The notes under the pieces are model-generated. The model saw only the letters and a list, made by a program, of their open reading frames with translations. It was not told the origin of the DNA and did not search any database. Positions 47,535 to 60,524 of a stretch of 64,000 nucleotides of DNA are shown one piece after another. The position numbers and the translations under genes were made by a program. The DNA is from Psammoneis japonica. Lineage: Eukaryota. The stretch lies in NCBI GenBank assembly GCA_008632985.1, contig QPGO01000019.1:682001-746000 (forward strand), read 5' to 3'. Numbering within the stretch: the stretch's first letter is position 1; every line of letters starts with the position of its first letter.

Positions 47535-48452
47535 ATGAACTTCAGTCACGAAGCAGTAAAACTGGTGCTCCTCGGAGAAAGCGGTGTTGGAAAGTCCACC
47601 ATCGGCAACGCCATCTTAGAAAAGGACTTTGTTGGCCCCTTTCGCACCAGCTATGGCGCAGAGTCCTGTACAGCGCTGCCTCAGGTGGCCCGAAACAAAG
47701 CCGTGGTTGTGACGGACACGCCTGGAAATCCAGACTCGTCGCCCAGAAAGACTAGGTATATCTACGATGTTATTGCTCAAGAAGTGGCAAAGGGCCACAC
47801 GGCAAAGCTCTTTGTGTACAAGGCCGGGAGAAATACACCACCCGACTATGCTCGTCTTGCTCTGCTCTGGCGCGAAATCGCGTCTGCTCCCGGTATAAAC
47901 GTTCTGTTCATCAACGACGACCGAAAATTCCTTATACCTCCAAGCACAGAAGAGTACAGGAGAGAAATAAAAAAACAGTTCAATGCGATCGTCGAATACA
48001 CGGGTATAAATTTCAGCCTGTGGACTCATTTTACGTCGGATAGCATGGTACACGAACTTGCCATACTTGTGGAAAAGCTCAAGAAATATGCAATTCCGGA
48101 AAAGACTACGTTGAGGAGCTTTCAAGATATCAAGGATTTTGTTATGAAAGTGGACGATATTCCACATCAGATCAGGAACAATAAGCGGAAGAGGGCTTGG
48201 CGTACTACTGCCGCTGTGGGAAGCGCGTGCGCTTCCGTTGCAGTTGGCGTTGCTTCAGGTTTCGTGGGTCCCGAAATACTGCCTATTCTGGCATTCACCG
48301 GGGCTGGGACGGCTAAAAATTGGAACAAGCAACGCAAGCTTGCCGCGGAAAACCGAGCTTTGGCCAGGGAATACATGTTTGCCTCGGATGAGGAAATTCA
48401 AAGCTTCCGTGAACTGGTTGATCTCGTGGAAAAAGCCGAGGCTCTCGTTTAA
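47535..48452 (+). CDS. AIG1/GIMAP-like P-loop GTPase with C-terminal hydrophobic segment
   Basis: G1 LVLLGESGVGKSTIGNAIL, G2 SCT, G3 VTDTPG. C-terminal AAVGSACASVAVGVASG. Confidence 0.8.
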   Translation: MNFSHEAVKLVLLGESGVGKSTIGNAILEKDFVGPFRTSYGAESCTALPQVARNKAVVVTDTPGNPDSSPRKTRYIYDVIAQEVAKGHTAKLFVYKAGRNTPPDYARLALLWREIASAPGINVLFINDDRKFLIPPSTEEYRREIKKQFNAIVEYTGINFSLWTHFTSDSMVHELAILVEKLKKYAIPEKTTLRSFQDIKDFVMKVDDIPHQIRNNKRKRAWRTTAAVGSACASVAVGVASGFVGPEILPILAFTGAGTAKNWNKQRKLAAENRALAREYMFASDEEIQSFRELVDLVEKAEALV

Positions 48453-49770
48453 ATTGTAGAAGATTCAGAGCCGTGGACTTCAGTCAAATTGAAGACAAGG
48501 ACTAGAGCAACTCAGTGCTCACAGGCAGAATGATATATGGCTGGAGGTGATGGCACTATATTGTCAAAGTGCAGTCAGAACGTTTGTTCATGTGTGCATC
48601 GCTATGGTAGTGCTCGTGAATGCACGTAGTTGAATTGTTGGTCCAACTGCCAATGCTGCTCTAAGCATAGCGAGATAACCTAGAGAAAACGTGCATGTTT
48701 CGGGAAGCTTGCGAATGCAAGGGAAGTGTTTCGGAAAGAACCACTTTTCTGTGTCCTCCAACGAAGAATTTCTCTCGTAGTGCTTAACGTGTCTTGTCTC
48801 CATTGAAATGTACAGTATTGGACAAACCACAAACCTTTCTGCCTGGTCGCAAGGCGGAAGCCTGACAGAAAGGCGCATGCTTGAGAAAGCTCTTTGCTTT
48901 CAACAGCAATTGCAAGAGTTTGATTTTATGATTGACACATTTGTCGTCTTTACATCGCGATCTCTAGAGTATACACAGGTGGGTACAATTCGCTTTGCTA
49001 GCTTGGCACCGGTGAAGCGACGCGCATTAGTGTAGAGAAATTGTGCATATCTCTCGGATTGCAGTTCCGACGATGTTATTGGATCCGTATATTCTCCGAA
49101 ATGCTACTGATTCGATTGCTATCTTGGAGCTGGTGCCACATCGCGAGAAACGTCTGAAACGGCATAAGAATAGAAAATCTAGCTGATTGGTGCAACATTT
49201 TACTCGTGGCTTTAGTTACTATCACTGGTGTGTTGTAGAGGTAGGATACCTTTCGATTCCTACTAGATTGAACTACTATTCCAGCTCTATTTTCATTGCA
49301 TGAACACAGAGTTAAGTCTCAGAAGGTGGCTTACTCGTACAGGATATCTTGTCAAAGTCTCAAAATATATATCTTCTTAGACTAGCGTCTGCCATTATAA
49401 CGCTGAGAGCTCGGAAGCTCTTGGAATAGGATGATGTACGAAAACTAGACACGTCACAAAGTGATACAAAAACTAATGAGCTACTTCTCCTATGTGCAAC
49501 ATGGATCACAACGGTTCATGTTTCAAAGCCCTACACGGTATGCGTAAATTACACTACTGGACGTCTCGTTGGCTACAAGCCAAGCCAGCGAATCGATTTT
49601 CAGATTGGAAAAGGCGCAGCGGCTTTTTGGAAACAGATATATCCAAAGCATGCACGCTGCAATGATGTTTCCTTGCTCCAAGCAAGTAAAACAATTCATG
49701 AAAGTGTTGGATGCATCCAAGACAGAGAGCTTGACAAAAAACTTTCCAAAGGAGCAACGCACGAGGTATC

Positions 49771-50860
49771 TCAAGAACGAGCGTTGTTGCGGGGTTTCCA
49801 ACGAGCCTTGTTGCACGCATCCTTGTGATTCGGCCAATCCTTTGTGTTGCAATCGCCATTGCAATACCATACAATGTCACAACGATTGCACACCATCATA
49901 TCCGCTGATTCCTTTCCGCAACACTTGCATTTAGGAACAACCGTGTTCATGCAGCGGATCGCATTGGTTGCAAAAATCTGAATACTGCGCTTTCCTGGGT
50001 GAGATACTAGAGCTTGCTCCATGACACAGTCACCTCCTGCAGCAAGGACTGCAGATGGATAACCACCAACTTCTTGACTGACAAGCATCGCCGTGATGGC
50101 GCATCCGGATGCTTGAATATCCGCATCGTCGGGATGCTGATTCATGCAAGAAAGTAGGGAGGGGATTCCACCACAATTGACTATCTCCGCAAACACAAGC
50201 GGAGCGTCAATGACGCTCGTGGCAAAAAGGATCGAGAGTAGCGAAAAGATGGCATTGTAATACAAGTGCTTTTTCGTCGTTTCTTCCTCTGTAAAAGGAC
50301 ACTGCAGGACTTCGACTATGGCCGGTACGCCTCCAGCGCATTGTACGTCCGTAACATTGACAGTCGCCAACTCGCCCAAAAGATCCACACCGCGACTCAT
50401 ACATTTCAGGTAGGTGGTGGTGGTTCTCCAAGCCGCTGGAATGCCAGCTTTGATTACATGGTGGACAGCTTGAACAACAGTTGGAATTCCGCCGCTCTGA
50501 GCAATCGCGGCGGCGCAGGCATAACTCGGCAAGCTATCGGCAACCCCAGAAAGAGCAGCACAGCAGAAACACATACCAGATGGGTCATTCTGATGTTTTC
50601 GCATAAAGACAAGAATACTTTCAATGCCTCCAGCCTCGACAAATGCCGAAGCTGCACGAGTCCTGTCCTTTTTGAAGGCACGAAGGAGCTCCGCCATGAT
50701 GGCCGAAGCGTTCACATTGCTCTCGTCGCTTCGCAGTTTCGCGACCACAGCCTGCATGCGGCCAACGATCTGCTCGTCCTTCTTCTTCTCGAGCTAAAGG
50801 CACATTTGCCACCGACTTGATCTTGCCTTTGACTCGGTTACGACGGCTTTTCTTTCCCAT
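49771..50860 (-). CDS. ARM-like repeats + MYND zinc finger, copy 1 (1-nt frameshift near 50780; intact ORF from 50757)
   Basis: C-terminal CKCC...CNRC...WYCNGDC...WPNHKDAC. The family start MGKKSRR at 50860 is out of frame with MQAVV by one base compared with the 63388 copy. Confidence 0.8.
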
Positions 50861-51671
50861 TGTAGCTGTGTTGTGTGTCGTGTGTGTTGTGTGTGCGTTG
50901 TGTGTCTGCGTTGCGTCCGGTCCATGTGGGCCATCGCTTTGATTGGGCGCGATTTCTTTTTCGTCTGTTCTGGTCATTTATTAGAAAAGTCAAAACCAAA
51001 ACAAAAATTCGTAAAATTGATAGAAAAAGAATCGGAACGGTTACACAGTATGCAGCAATGGGACTGTACGACTTGGAGTAGTGCAACTTCTCCACAATGT
51101 CTCTCAATGTGAACGGCGACCTCTAGTCTAGAGAGTTTACTAGTAGTACCTGATGTCGATGTCACTCCACCTGCAGTTTCGTAATTCGTAATTCAACACC
51201 TAGAGCCTAGAGGGTTAATCGTCCTAATCTGGATTGTAATGAGCAGTCTCACGCCCCGCACCTTACTGTGTTAATAGACCTAGAGATATAGAAAGCCACT
51301 TTGACGCACGTCAAGCTCAATTTCATGTTACCAGTACTGCCAGTATACCGGTATGACCATCCATGCTTGACACATAAAACTATTCCAAAGAACCCATGTA
51401 GGCCTAAATTATACTACTGTACGTTTCACTGCTCCAAACAGAACGAAACGACTTGATATTGACAAGAGACTGTGCTTCTGTTTTTTGAGAAACAGGAGTT
51501 CCAAGAGACGACAGTGAACGTCGTCATATTTGCACGCCATCGTATCAAGTTTCTCACGGCTCCAAGCAGTGGAAACGATTTGTCAACAAGAAAGCACTAT
51601 ACAATTGTCTTGAAACGCCACAAAAAACAACAGAGCTCTCACAAGGTGGACCTCTGTTGTTAGCAGAGCTC

Positions 51672-52820
51672 TCACAAGGTGGACCTTTCCCAATCTACTG
51701 CTTGGTGGAGAGTAGGTTTCCACCTCGCTTTGTTGCACGCCTTTTTGTGATTCTGCCAATCCCTCTTGAGGCAATCGTTATTGCAATACCAAGTTGTATC
51801 ACACCGGTTGCACACCATCATTTCATCCGCGGATTCCTTTCCACAACACTTGCATTTTGGGACCACTTCCATCATGGACAAGAGCGCATCGGATGCGCAC
51901 ATTTGAATGTCTTTGTTATTTTCCTCATGCAGTACAAGACTTGTCTTCATGACGCAGTCTCCTCCCGCGGCAAGGACCGCCGATGGATTGCCACCAATAT
52001 CGGGATTGGCAAGTACCGCCGTAATGGCGCATCCCGGTGCTTGAATATCCGCAACGTCCGGATACTGCGAGAGACAATCCAATAGGCACGGGATTCCGCC
52101 ACGATTCGTCATATCCGCCAGTGCACGGCCGAGCGCAACTTTTCTCATGGCCATCATTATGGATGCTAGGGAATTCACGGCACTGCGACATGTCTGCCTT
52201 TTTGTTTCTTGATTGGAAAATGGATACTGCAAAACGTCCACAAGGGCCTCGACGCCACCGGAGCGTTGTACACATGATACGTGATGGTTGCCCGCCAATG
52301 CCGCCAAAAGCTCCATGGCACGGCTCATACAATTCATATTGATGCGTTCCATGTCGGTCGGGATTCCAACTTGAAGAATCACGGTACGAATGACTTGAAT
52401 GAGAATTGGGATTCCGCCGTTCCGAACCATGGCGGTGTGAGTGATAGTGTTTGGTACGGCGGGGCATGCTGCGACGGCAGCAAGAGTGGCACAGCATGCG
52501 CACAAGTATGATAGGCCATGTGGATGATTCTTGCGCATAAAGACAAGCATACTGTCAATACCACGAGCCTCGACAAAGTCACAAACGGCACGATCCATAT
52601 TATGATTGTTTTGGGTGTTGTTGAACACTTGACCGAGCTCGTTCAAGACATCAGTCGCAGAATCGACGTCTTCAAAGTCGCCTCGCAATTTTGCAAGCAG
52701 TTGCTGCATGCGGCTCGCATTGTTGTCTTTTTCCTCTTTTTGAACAGCATTTGGAGTGGTGCTGTTTGTCACCGACTTGACTTTTCGGCCGACTTTGGTG
52801 CGGCGGCTTTTCTTTCCCAT
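51672..52820 (-). CDS. ARM-like repeats + MYND zinc finger, copy 2
   Basis: MGKKSRR start at 52820, GGIP repeats, and CKCC...CNRC...WYCNNDC...WQNHKKAC. Confidence 0.88.
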   Translation of the reverse strand: MGKKSRRTKVGRKVKSVTNSTTPNAVQKEEKDNNASRMQQLLAKLRGDFEDVDSATDVLNELGQVFNNTQNNHNMDRAVCDFVEARGIDSMLVFMRKNHPHGLSYLCACCATLAAVAACPAVPNTITHTAMVRNGGIPILIQVIRTVILQVGIPTDMERINMNCMSRAMELLAALAGNHHVSCVQRSGGVEALVDVLQYPFSNQETKRQTCRSAVNSLASIMMAMRKVALGRALADMTNRGGIPCLLDCLSQYPDVADIQAPGCAITAVLANPDIGGNPSAVLAAGGDCVMKTSLVLHEENNKDIQMCASDALLSMMEVVPKCKCCGKESADEMMVCNRCDTTWYCNNDCLKRDWQNHKKACNKARWKPTLHQAVDWERSTL

Positions 52821-53089
52821 GGTGTATGATGATGATGGATTAGTGCTGTGGTGCATTTGAATGTGCTGGTGTCGCTGTGCGATGGTCGGTTTGCGCCTTT
52901 GGTCCAGATGACCCATGGTAGGTTTGGCGCGCTTTCTTTTTCGTCTTTTAGGGTTATTTATGGGATTGTTCATGACGTCAAAACGCAAATTGGTGTCATT
53001 TTCGTAATTTTCCGTCCAAACAGAAGAAAAAGAAATCGTTCTTGAACGCTTTTTTTTTTTCCCGTCAGAGCAACAAACGCTTTCTCAAA

Positions 53090-56000
53090 AATCACAAACA
53101 ATTGATCCAGCTTTGTTTTCTGGCACAAAAAAACAGCATGGGCGATCGAAGAGAAGCGGCGTGCTTTTGATGAGATCATGGTCCTTTGCTATCATCTCCT
53201 CAGTGCACAGAAGAAAGGGGCACAGCAGAAGGGAAGTCCGCCACCACTGCCACTCTACATGACTCCAGCCACCACCATCACCTGGCACTGGTGGTGGCAC
53301 AGCCACTGTGTGCTTCTTTTTCTCAATCAATTCAGTGGAAAGCAGTTGTTGCTCAGCCAAGGCAAGTTTTGCCAACTCTTCTTTGTCACATGGCTTGAAG
53401 AGGCACAGCACATTGTTGATTCATTGTTGGAGAGACATGCCTGCAACTTGCTTGTGAATTTTTCCACCTCAAGCTCCTGCTTGCAGCAGCAGAGATCATG
53501 AGCTGTGCAGCAGAGGGGACATTGTCAAATTTTGTTTTTCAGCTTCTCACAGCAGCAGCACTTTTTTGGTGTGGGGTTGGCAAAGCCCACACACAAGCAT
53601 TTCAGAAGAGGGGCTTGGCTTGTGGCTGGGAGCTGGCTCCTGGCTTTTTAGCTGAAAACCTTCTTGTGGCTCCACAAAGACTGTCCTCTCCTTGAGCTGG
53701 CTCAGCTTGTGTGGCAGCAGAAGGCAGCACCAGCAGAATCAAGCCAGCATGTCATCTAACCTGCCTCAAGCACAATGGTGACAAGCAGCAGCAAAAAGCA
53801 AGCACATGGGCCATCACATTGCAAGAGATTGTGGCTGGAGAAATGCTGCCAACTTTGAAGACTTGGCAGCTGTTGACTTCATGATGCTCTTTGCTTGGGG
53901 AGTGACGATGGTGATGTCAAGTGGTCTGCAATGACTCATGACAATGGCAACAATTCATGAGTCATTTGTCAAACAGGATGAACAAGATTGCAATTGGTTG
54001 GCTTGGGGGATCATTGCAGGAGTTGCAAAAACAAGTTCACAGCCTGACATTGCAATCACAGGCACCAGTGCAACTTTTCCATTTTCAATGTGTTGCACAG
54101 AGCTTGAGCAACTTTCTGATGTGTGCCATTGGTCTGAAGATGCCTCCCAGTTCCCCTCTGTGGGGTGTCAGATCTGACATGTCACCTGCAATTTGGTTGA
54201 CGCGTCTGCATCTGTGAGTGCGGCCTTTGCTTGGAAGGAGTGTGGGAGCCATCCGTGATGCACACAGCAATGCCATCTAGAGAACTTCTTTTGCTGGGGC
54301 CTCCAAAGTTGGTTGAAACCATGGGAAATGAAGCATCACTCTGTGTTGCTGAGTGGTCTCTTTAGGGTGGCTGGAGTCAAGACAGGGGAGCTCCTGTTGA
54401 CAAAATCTTGATTCCTTGCCTTTGAGTGTGGGTTGGGAGGGTGTCGTGAGGGGCCACATCAATGAATCATCCATTAAATTGACAACATGCTCTGCAGCTC
54501 CTGCATTGTTGAGGCAGTCATGTGCATGACTCAATCTAAGTCTTGGTCCTCTGAAACACACCATCCTCCTGAGTTGAGTGCAACCATGGTGTGTTGGGCT
54601 GTTCTTTCCATGTTCCCACTGCTCTCCTCAATCTGAGTTGATCATTCCATCTGATGGGACAAGGTGGCAAGTTGTGAGCACTTCTTGCCAAAGTCTGCAG
54701 CAGGGCTGCTGTCCATTCTTGTCCATTGTCCTTTGTGATCCAGCAGGGTGACATCTCCCACAGGTGTGTTTCTGCTGCAGAGTTGTGTTTCCAGTTGTCG
54801 TTGACCCACCTGAAGGATGCCAAGGACCAGCATCTTTTCTGGAACTGGTGCACCTCCATGTGACAGGATGCCACCCTTTCCAGCAGTTGAGCATTTCTTG
54901 AATGCTCTCCAATGCATCTTTGCAGGTTGTGCCCAGGTTTTCTGGAGCGCGGGGGAGATCATCTGCATCATCCACAAAGGTGGTGCAGCACACAGAATGA
55001 TGTGCTTGTTTGGAGACAAGGGTTGCTTCTGCCCTGATTCCAAATCCTTCAGCACCCTCAGTGTGTTGACAACAGGAAAGCTTGCTGCTGACCATGTTGC
55101 TCTTGTGCCACTCCATGTCCTTGGAAAATGCCTTGCAGTGGAATCTCCAGGGCCATGTGCAGTTCTTTGGAATCCCTGTGTGCAGCTCAAACACAAGGTT
55201 CATTGCCTTGTTGTCTTTGGGCACTGCTCCTGCTCCAAATCTTCTCATGCATGGAGCTGCAATGCAGTGCAGGATCCAATCACAGCATGACTTGGCATCT
55301 GTGCTGTTGGTTGCTCCTGGTCTGTGAGATTGTCAAAACACATCACCCATCAGCACTTTGTTGAGCACACACAATGTGGCTCTGTGCCACCATTTTCCAT
55401 TGCCACGTGCTTCCCTGGGGATTGCCTTGTGAGTCTCCATGTGATTCGCCAGCACTCATGCACAACACTTGTTCATCTTGTCACACATTGCATCAAACAA
55501 GACAGTGATTCATGATTTCTTGATGTGAGAAGATTTGGTCTTTTGTTGGAATCATTTCATCTCTTCCACCTTGGTCCAGCATTTGGGTGCACAGCCATGT
55601 TTTGACAGTGTGGCAGACACACATGAGGCTTGCTCGACCGGCTCACAAAACAAACAAATCAAAAAAAGGAAAGCGCTTGGCGCAGAGTTCTGTGGCGTGA
55701 CACAAGGCCACAACCTGACAGAGTGCCAAAGGTCAATGATGACAGAGGCATGAAAGACTCCCCAAGCACTGGGACTGTGATGCCACAAGCACCAGCAGAA
55801 GAGAATGAGAGAAGATCTCAGAGAGATCTGATCGTCCATCCAGAAGGTCTGTCCATCATCCATGTGCAGAGTCTGTCCATTGCAGAACAGGCACCAGACT
55901 GACATTGCCTTGCCTGCTGGGTTGCCAAGCAGCAGACCTGGACCATCACCTTTGAGAAAGAACAGCAGCTGTTCCTGCAAAAAGCAAGGAATGCCAATGG

Positions 56001-56440
56001 GAGTGCATCAAGTCTTGTCTCCTCCCCCCAAAGCCAGCCAGTGGAGCTCTTTTGGACCCCCAGCACCAGATCACAAACAAGACAAAGACAGCCATCATCG
56101 CTGGCAACTTGTGTCAATTTTTGCATGGCTTTGCACACAACATGCCTCTGTCACCCCACCAAGCAAATTGGTCTTGACAAACCACAAAATGCCGGGCCAA
56201 AAGCAAGCCGCCAAACATTTTGGAGATGGCACTCATGAGATCACTCTCCTTTCTGAGAGTGTTGTTGCTGCTCGATTGTCGATTGTCAAACACAAAGATG
56301 GTGTCACTGGCAATGGTGCCAGTGATGACAGACAGCATTGATGTGCTCTTGTTGTTGCTGCCAATGTTGTCACACTGGATGATGATGGAATTGTGAGAAA
56401 AGCAGAGAAGATTGCTTCAAAGTGAAGGCTGGAAACACTG
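53090..56440 (-). mobile_element. Heavily mutated non-LTR retrotransposon relic (TpA/CpG-depleted block C)
   Basis: RT motifs DAKSCCDWI (55273-55299, compare DAKSCYDRI) and TTFVDD. Many frameshifts. TA is almost absent. Confidence 0.72.
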
Positions 56441-56841
56441 CACATGCGCACGGGCGGGCGGGCGCGAATCGCGCATGAGTTCGCACTGTGGCTGACAACC
56501 AGCCTCGATCAAAACGGGCGGGTTTGTCGAGCGAGGTTGGACAACATTATTTTTTCATTTTTCTCGGATTTGTAACTTGCAGGTTAGAGTCTGCCTTTTA
56601 ATCGAAAAACTGGGTGACTTGTGTGTTTCAAGATGCTTGTCAACCAACGGCCACAACATTTACGTCTGTGAACAGGGCTGATCGTGGGATACGATGCGGG
56701 GGAAGTTTTGGATCGCGGCAATGCCACGAATAAAATCCGCGATGGTCATTCCCACCGCCGGATGGGGATGTCAGAATTTCGTTCTCACAACAAGCAAAAG
56801 GAGCAACAAACGAGCGCATTTGATTCCTAAAGCCAGCAACT

Positions 56842-58059
56842 ATGCCCACTACTACTAACAATAATAATAAAAGAAAGCAAGACGATGCAGAACCAGACGT
56901 CATTCTCTTTGCCACGTCCCGCGACCTGAAGAACAAATATCGAATGGACGGTGACATCAAGCAGGTCCTTTCCACTCATCTGACAAAAGATGCTAGGGAT
57001 TCATTTGTGGAAGATAGGAAAGAAAGAACCGAAAACCTGTTCTTTGGGGAGGCGCGGAATGACTCGAGAAAGAAAACGGCAGCCGAAAGTGAGAATTGGA
57101 AATGCCACATCTTGAACAAGAACCAGACTGTAGGAAGCCCGACAAGCGATACAGTTAGGGACGCATACGAGCAACTTGTTGATCGGGCGAGACGCGAGGA
57201 TAAGCCTATCCTGTTGTTCGTACATGGTTACAACAACACCGCAGTTGACCCTCTGCAGACAGCAGCACTCATGCGCTCAAAGTATGATTGCGAGGTGATT
57301 GCTTTTATTTGGCCAACAGAAGGAACGCAGGGGCAAGGTCTCTGGGACTACGGGGAGGATCTCAGAGATGCAATCCTAACGGCCAGACCATTTCTGAGAT
57401 TCATCCAAAAAACAGGTGACTACCTGAGAGAGTTAGGAAACCGTCAGCCGGTTAGTCTTCTTTGCCACAGCATGGGTTGCTACGTCCTTCAACGCGTCCT
57501 ACAGGAAACACGGGTGGACGACAATGTTCCCGATCTTCAAAAAGGATGGCAATATCTCTGCGGTGACACGCGTTCGCAACCATCGTTGTTTACAAACATT
57601 ATCATCACGGCGGCAGATGTTGATTCCCAAGGCCACGTGGCTTGGGTCAAAAAGTTGAAACCTCGAGGAAAGGTCTTTGTTTTCATCAACACGGGCGACG
57701 ACGTGCTACGGCTGTCCAACTGGTTTGCGGGGCGAGTTCTACTAGCCAAATCTTTACCAGAAATGCTGATGTTCCGTGGTCCAGACCATCCAATTCGATT
57801 GGGTCAGACGCTGGATCATATCGAACCTTCCACTCGTCGAGTCTATGTCAACGTGAATGTAACCAAGAAGAATCGACTGGACTGGTTTCAGTTTTTGCAA
57901 CTTGAGCATTGGTACCACAAGAACGGTCAGGGTGAAATCGCCGACTTTTATCGTCTTGTCATTCACGGACATTCCTCGGAACGGTCCTACCGGAGCTACA
58001 CGCGAGACACGGGCCGACGCTATTACATGGTGAGCGGATATTCTGAAGGCCACATTTGA
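56842..58059 (+). CDS. Alpha/beta-hydrolase, DUF900-like
   Basis: LLFVHGYNN, FIWP, nucleophile elbow CHSMG and ITAADVD. Confidence 0.85.
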   Translation: MPTTTNNNNKRKQDDAEPDVILFATSRDLKNKYRMDGDIKQVLSTHLTKDARDSFVEDRKERTENLFFGEARNDSRKKTAAESENWKCHILNKNQTVGSPTSDTVRDAYEQLVDRARREDKPILLFVHGYNNTAVDPLQTAALMRSKYDCEVIAFIWPTEGTQGQGLWDYGEDLRDAILTARPFLRFIQKTGDYLRELGNRQPVSLLCHSMGCYVLQRVLQETRVDDNVPDLQKGWQYLCGDTRSQPSLFTNIIITAADVDSQGHVAWVKKLKPRGKVFVFINTGDDVLRLSNWFAGRVLLAKSLPEMLMFRGPDHPIRLGQTLDHIEPSTRRVYVNVNVTKKNRLDWFQFLQLEHWYHKNGQGEIADFYRLVIHGHSSERSYRSYTRDTGRRYYMVSGYSEGHI

Positions 58060-58390
58060 GTGCCTCTAGAGGAACAGTGGTAACTCGCCGTGGGAGCTGA
58101 TTCCGTCAAATTGAATTCCGAAAATATACACATGATGCGATTCTCGATTTAATGCATAGTTTCAGGTGATTCAACCCCGCAAGATAGATGAGTTACCGTA
58201 TGTATGTCACCTCCCTCCCCTCTCCCGCCGCTAGTCACGTCCCACGCTTCGTTTTCGTTAATCCATATTCTCTGAAACCAACAAAACAACAGTAAGATGA
58301 GTCATGTTAGCCTCCGAATATATATAACGATGAATGAAAATGCAAGCTGCAAATCTAGACAACTCAGGCACACGAGTCGTCAAGGCAGAG

Positions 58391-58422
58391 AGTCGTGGTT
58401 CGTCTGTCCACCGATCCAGATT
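58391..58422 (+). repeat. LTR-start-like fragment related to 15402 and 20138
   Basis: agtcgtggttcgtctgtccaccgatccagatt matches 15402-15433 at 30/32. No TSD or right end identified. Confidence 0.6.
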
Positions 58423-58920
58423 CTCTGTTGTGTCTGTACTTCCGTCAGTCGGAATTCAGAGCGTATTTATGACAGAAACAATGTGCTTTCCACGCACCGG
58501 GTCTGTCACGCCTTGCGTTTGCCACATAGCGATTGCTAATGTTGTCATCATTCTCTGTGGCTGAATGGTTGCTTGCTACAGTATAGCTTGCTTTTTTCTC
58601 AGTTACAATGGTCTTTCTTTTCGCCATGGTCGACTGTCGCTGTTTTTTCTGCGTTTTCCGCTTGAAAGGCGGTCCAGATGGGCAAGTTTCTCAATTTGGC
58701 GTTTTTTCTTTTCTTTTTTTTTGTTCTCCTGTCCGAAAGTTCAAAAATACCAAAAACGATGGCAGAAACGATGAAAAAGTGCGCTCTCAAAAGCGCAGAA
58801 CCGGCCCATCTGGACCGGTGGTCCTTGATACGCGATGATCCGCGGAAGCTCGTTTCTCGCTTGAGTTTGATCATGATCAAAAAAAGCAAAAGAACCTCCT
58901 CCCAGCATACACAGCCGACC

Positions 58921-60006
58921 ATGGGAAAGAAAAGCCGTCGCAACCGCGTCAAAGGCAAGCTCAAGGCGTCGTCAGAGGACAATATGAATGATGCTATTCA
59001 TGGGAACATCCAGGACCTTGTCGACACTTTGCGGACCAAATGTGCAGAAGAATCCGATGATGATAAATCGGCGTGGGATGCCCTTGCAAACCTGCACATT
59101 GCAATGGGCAAGAATGCGGATCGTGCGTCTCGGGCCATTTTCCACGCTGGAGGCATTCGTGCAATCATTGTCTTGATGAGAAAGTCACAACAACATGAAT
59201 TGCCATTTCACTGCTTGAGCTTTGAAATCCTTTGCGAAATTGCAAACAGATTGTCGACGACAGGAGCACCCATGGCGATTGTCAAGAGCGGCGGAATTCC
59301 AACGACTGTTGCGACCATTCGCGGTTTTATTGGAGCTGGAGTTCCGGAGTATGCAGAAAAGACTGTTATGGGATCTGTAGCCTGTGCTCTTGAGCTTTTG
59401 GGGATTTTGACGCGGGTCAATGTCAATGGTGTTCTACATGCCGGAGCTGTTGAAACCATCTTTTCAGTTTTGCAGTATGATTTCAAAGTTCAAGAGTGCA
59501 AGAAATCGACGTGTTGCAGTGCCATAGATGCACTAGCATCAATCATCAAGGCTACGAGTGACGTTCAACTCCCGCATGTACTTGCGGAAACGATCCGTTT
59601 CGGTGGAATTCCTTCCATACTTTATTTCCTCAAGAAGCATCCTGATGATTCTGACATTCAAGCCCCCGGATGCGCCATCGTGTCGATGCTCTCTGACCCC
59701 GATATTGGTGGTAATCCATCTGCAGTCCTAGCTGCAGGAGGTGATGGTGTCATGAAGACTGCTCTTGAACGCCACGAAGGAGATTTCGGCATTCAGGTGT
59801 GCGCTGCCGAGGCACTTTCCGCTTTGAAAGAGGTTGTTCCGAAATGCCACGGTTGTGGACGGAAATCAGAATCGTTGATGGTGTGTACGCGTTGCGAAAC
59901 TACTTGGTATTGCAATGATGGTTGCCTTGCGATGGATTGGGAGAAGCACAAGGAGGGGTGCAACAAGATTCGGTGGAAATCCTGCTGCAACGACGCCCAT
60001 GCCTGA
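58921..60006 (+). CDS. ARM-like repeats + MYND zinc finger, copy 3
   Basis: MGKKSRR start, DIQAPGCAI, and CHGC...CTRC...WYCNDGC...WEKHKEGC. Confidence 0.88.
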   Translation: MGKKSRRNRVKGKLKASSEDNMNDAIHGNIQDLVDTLRTKCAEESDDDKSAWDALANLHIAMGKNADRASRAIFHAGGIRAIIVLMRKSQQHELPFHCLSFEILCEIANRLSTTGAPMAIVKSGGIPTTVATIRGFIGAGVPEYAEKTVMGSVACALELLGILTRVNVNGVLHAGAVETIFSVLQYDFKVQECKKSTCCSAIDALASIIKATSDVQLPHVLAETIRFGGIPSILYFLKKHPDDSDIQAPGCAIVSMLSDPDIGGNPSAVLAAGGDGVMKTALERHEGDFGIQVCAAEALSALKEVVPKCHGCGRKSESLMVCTRCETTWYCNDGCLAMDWEKHKEGCNKIRWKSCCNDAHA

Positions 60007-60524
60007 GACGAGATTGATGGAGTTCGAGATTGAAAGACACGGGGCCCCGGGGAACATCACGACTGTGTATAGGCTTTAGACAACAGCTTTTGCATTAACA
60101 TTTTTCAATGCCAAAAGCAGAAAATACTCTCTAGAGTCGATCTTATACTGTACGTGGCACTCATATCTACTGCCTTTGATAGATTGATTCTAGTCGCTCC
60201 TAATGAATAGTTCCAAAATCCCTGTTCGACCAGAACAATGTTACACTCTCAGATAAAAGGAAAGAAATAGGCAAGCAAAGCTACAGCATGCAGAAGTCTG
60301 TCCCATGATTGAGTCACTGCATCCTCTTCAATCTTGAGGTTTGCTTCATCTGGCGAGTGTGCCGAAAGAGTCGTGTAACGTTTCATTTAGTAGCTAATTT
60401 TTTACGCTGTACTAACGGAGGCCATGGTTCTTACAGGGTAGTTCAGCAGGCACGACATCGTAAGCTAAGCTGGTATAACATAACATGGAGCGTCGAAGAT
60501 GCAGCAAAAATGAGCAGATGTTGC

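Noticed and set aside
58391..58635. Complete solo LTR ending at TCGACT
   Set aside because: The flanks (cagag / gtcgc) do not form a TSD, and similarity to the other LTRs is clear only for the first 32 bp.
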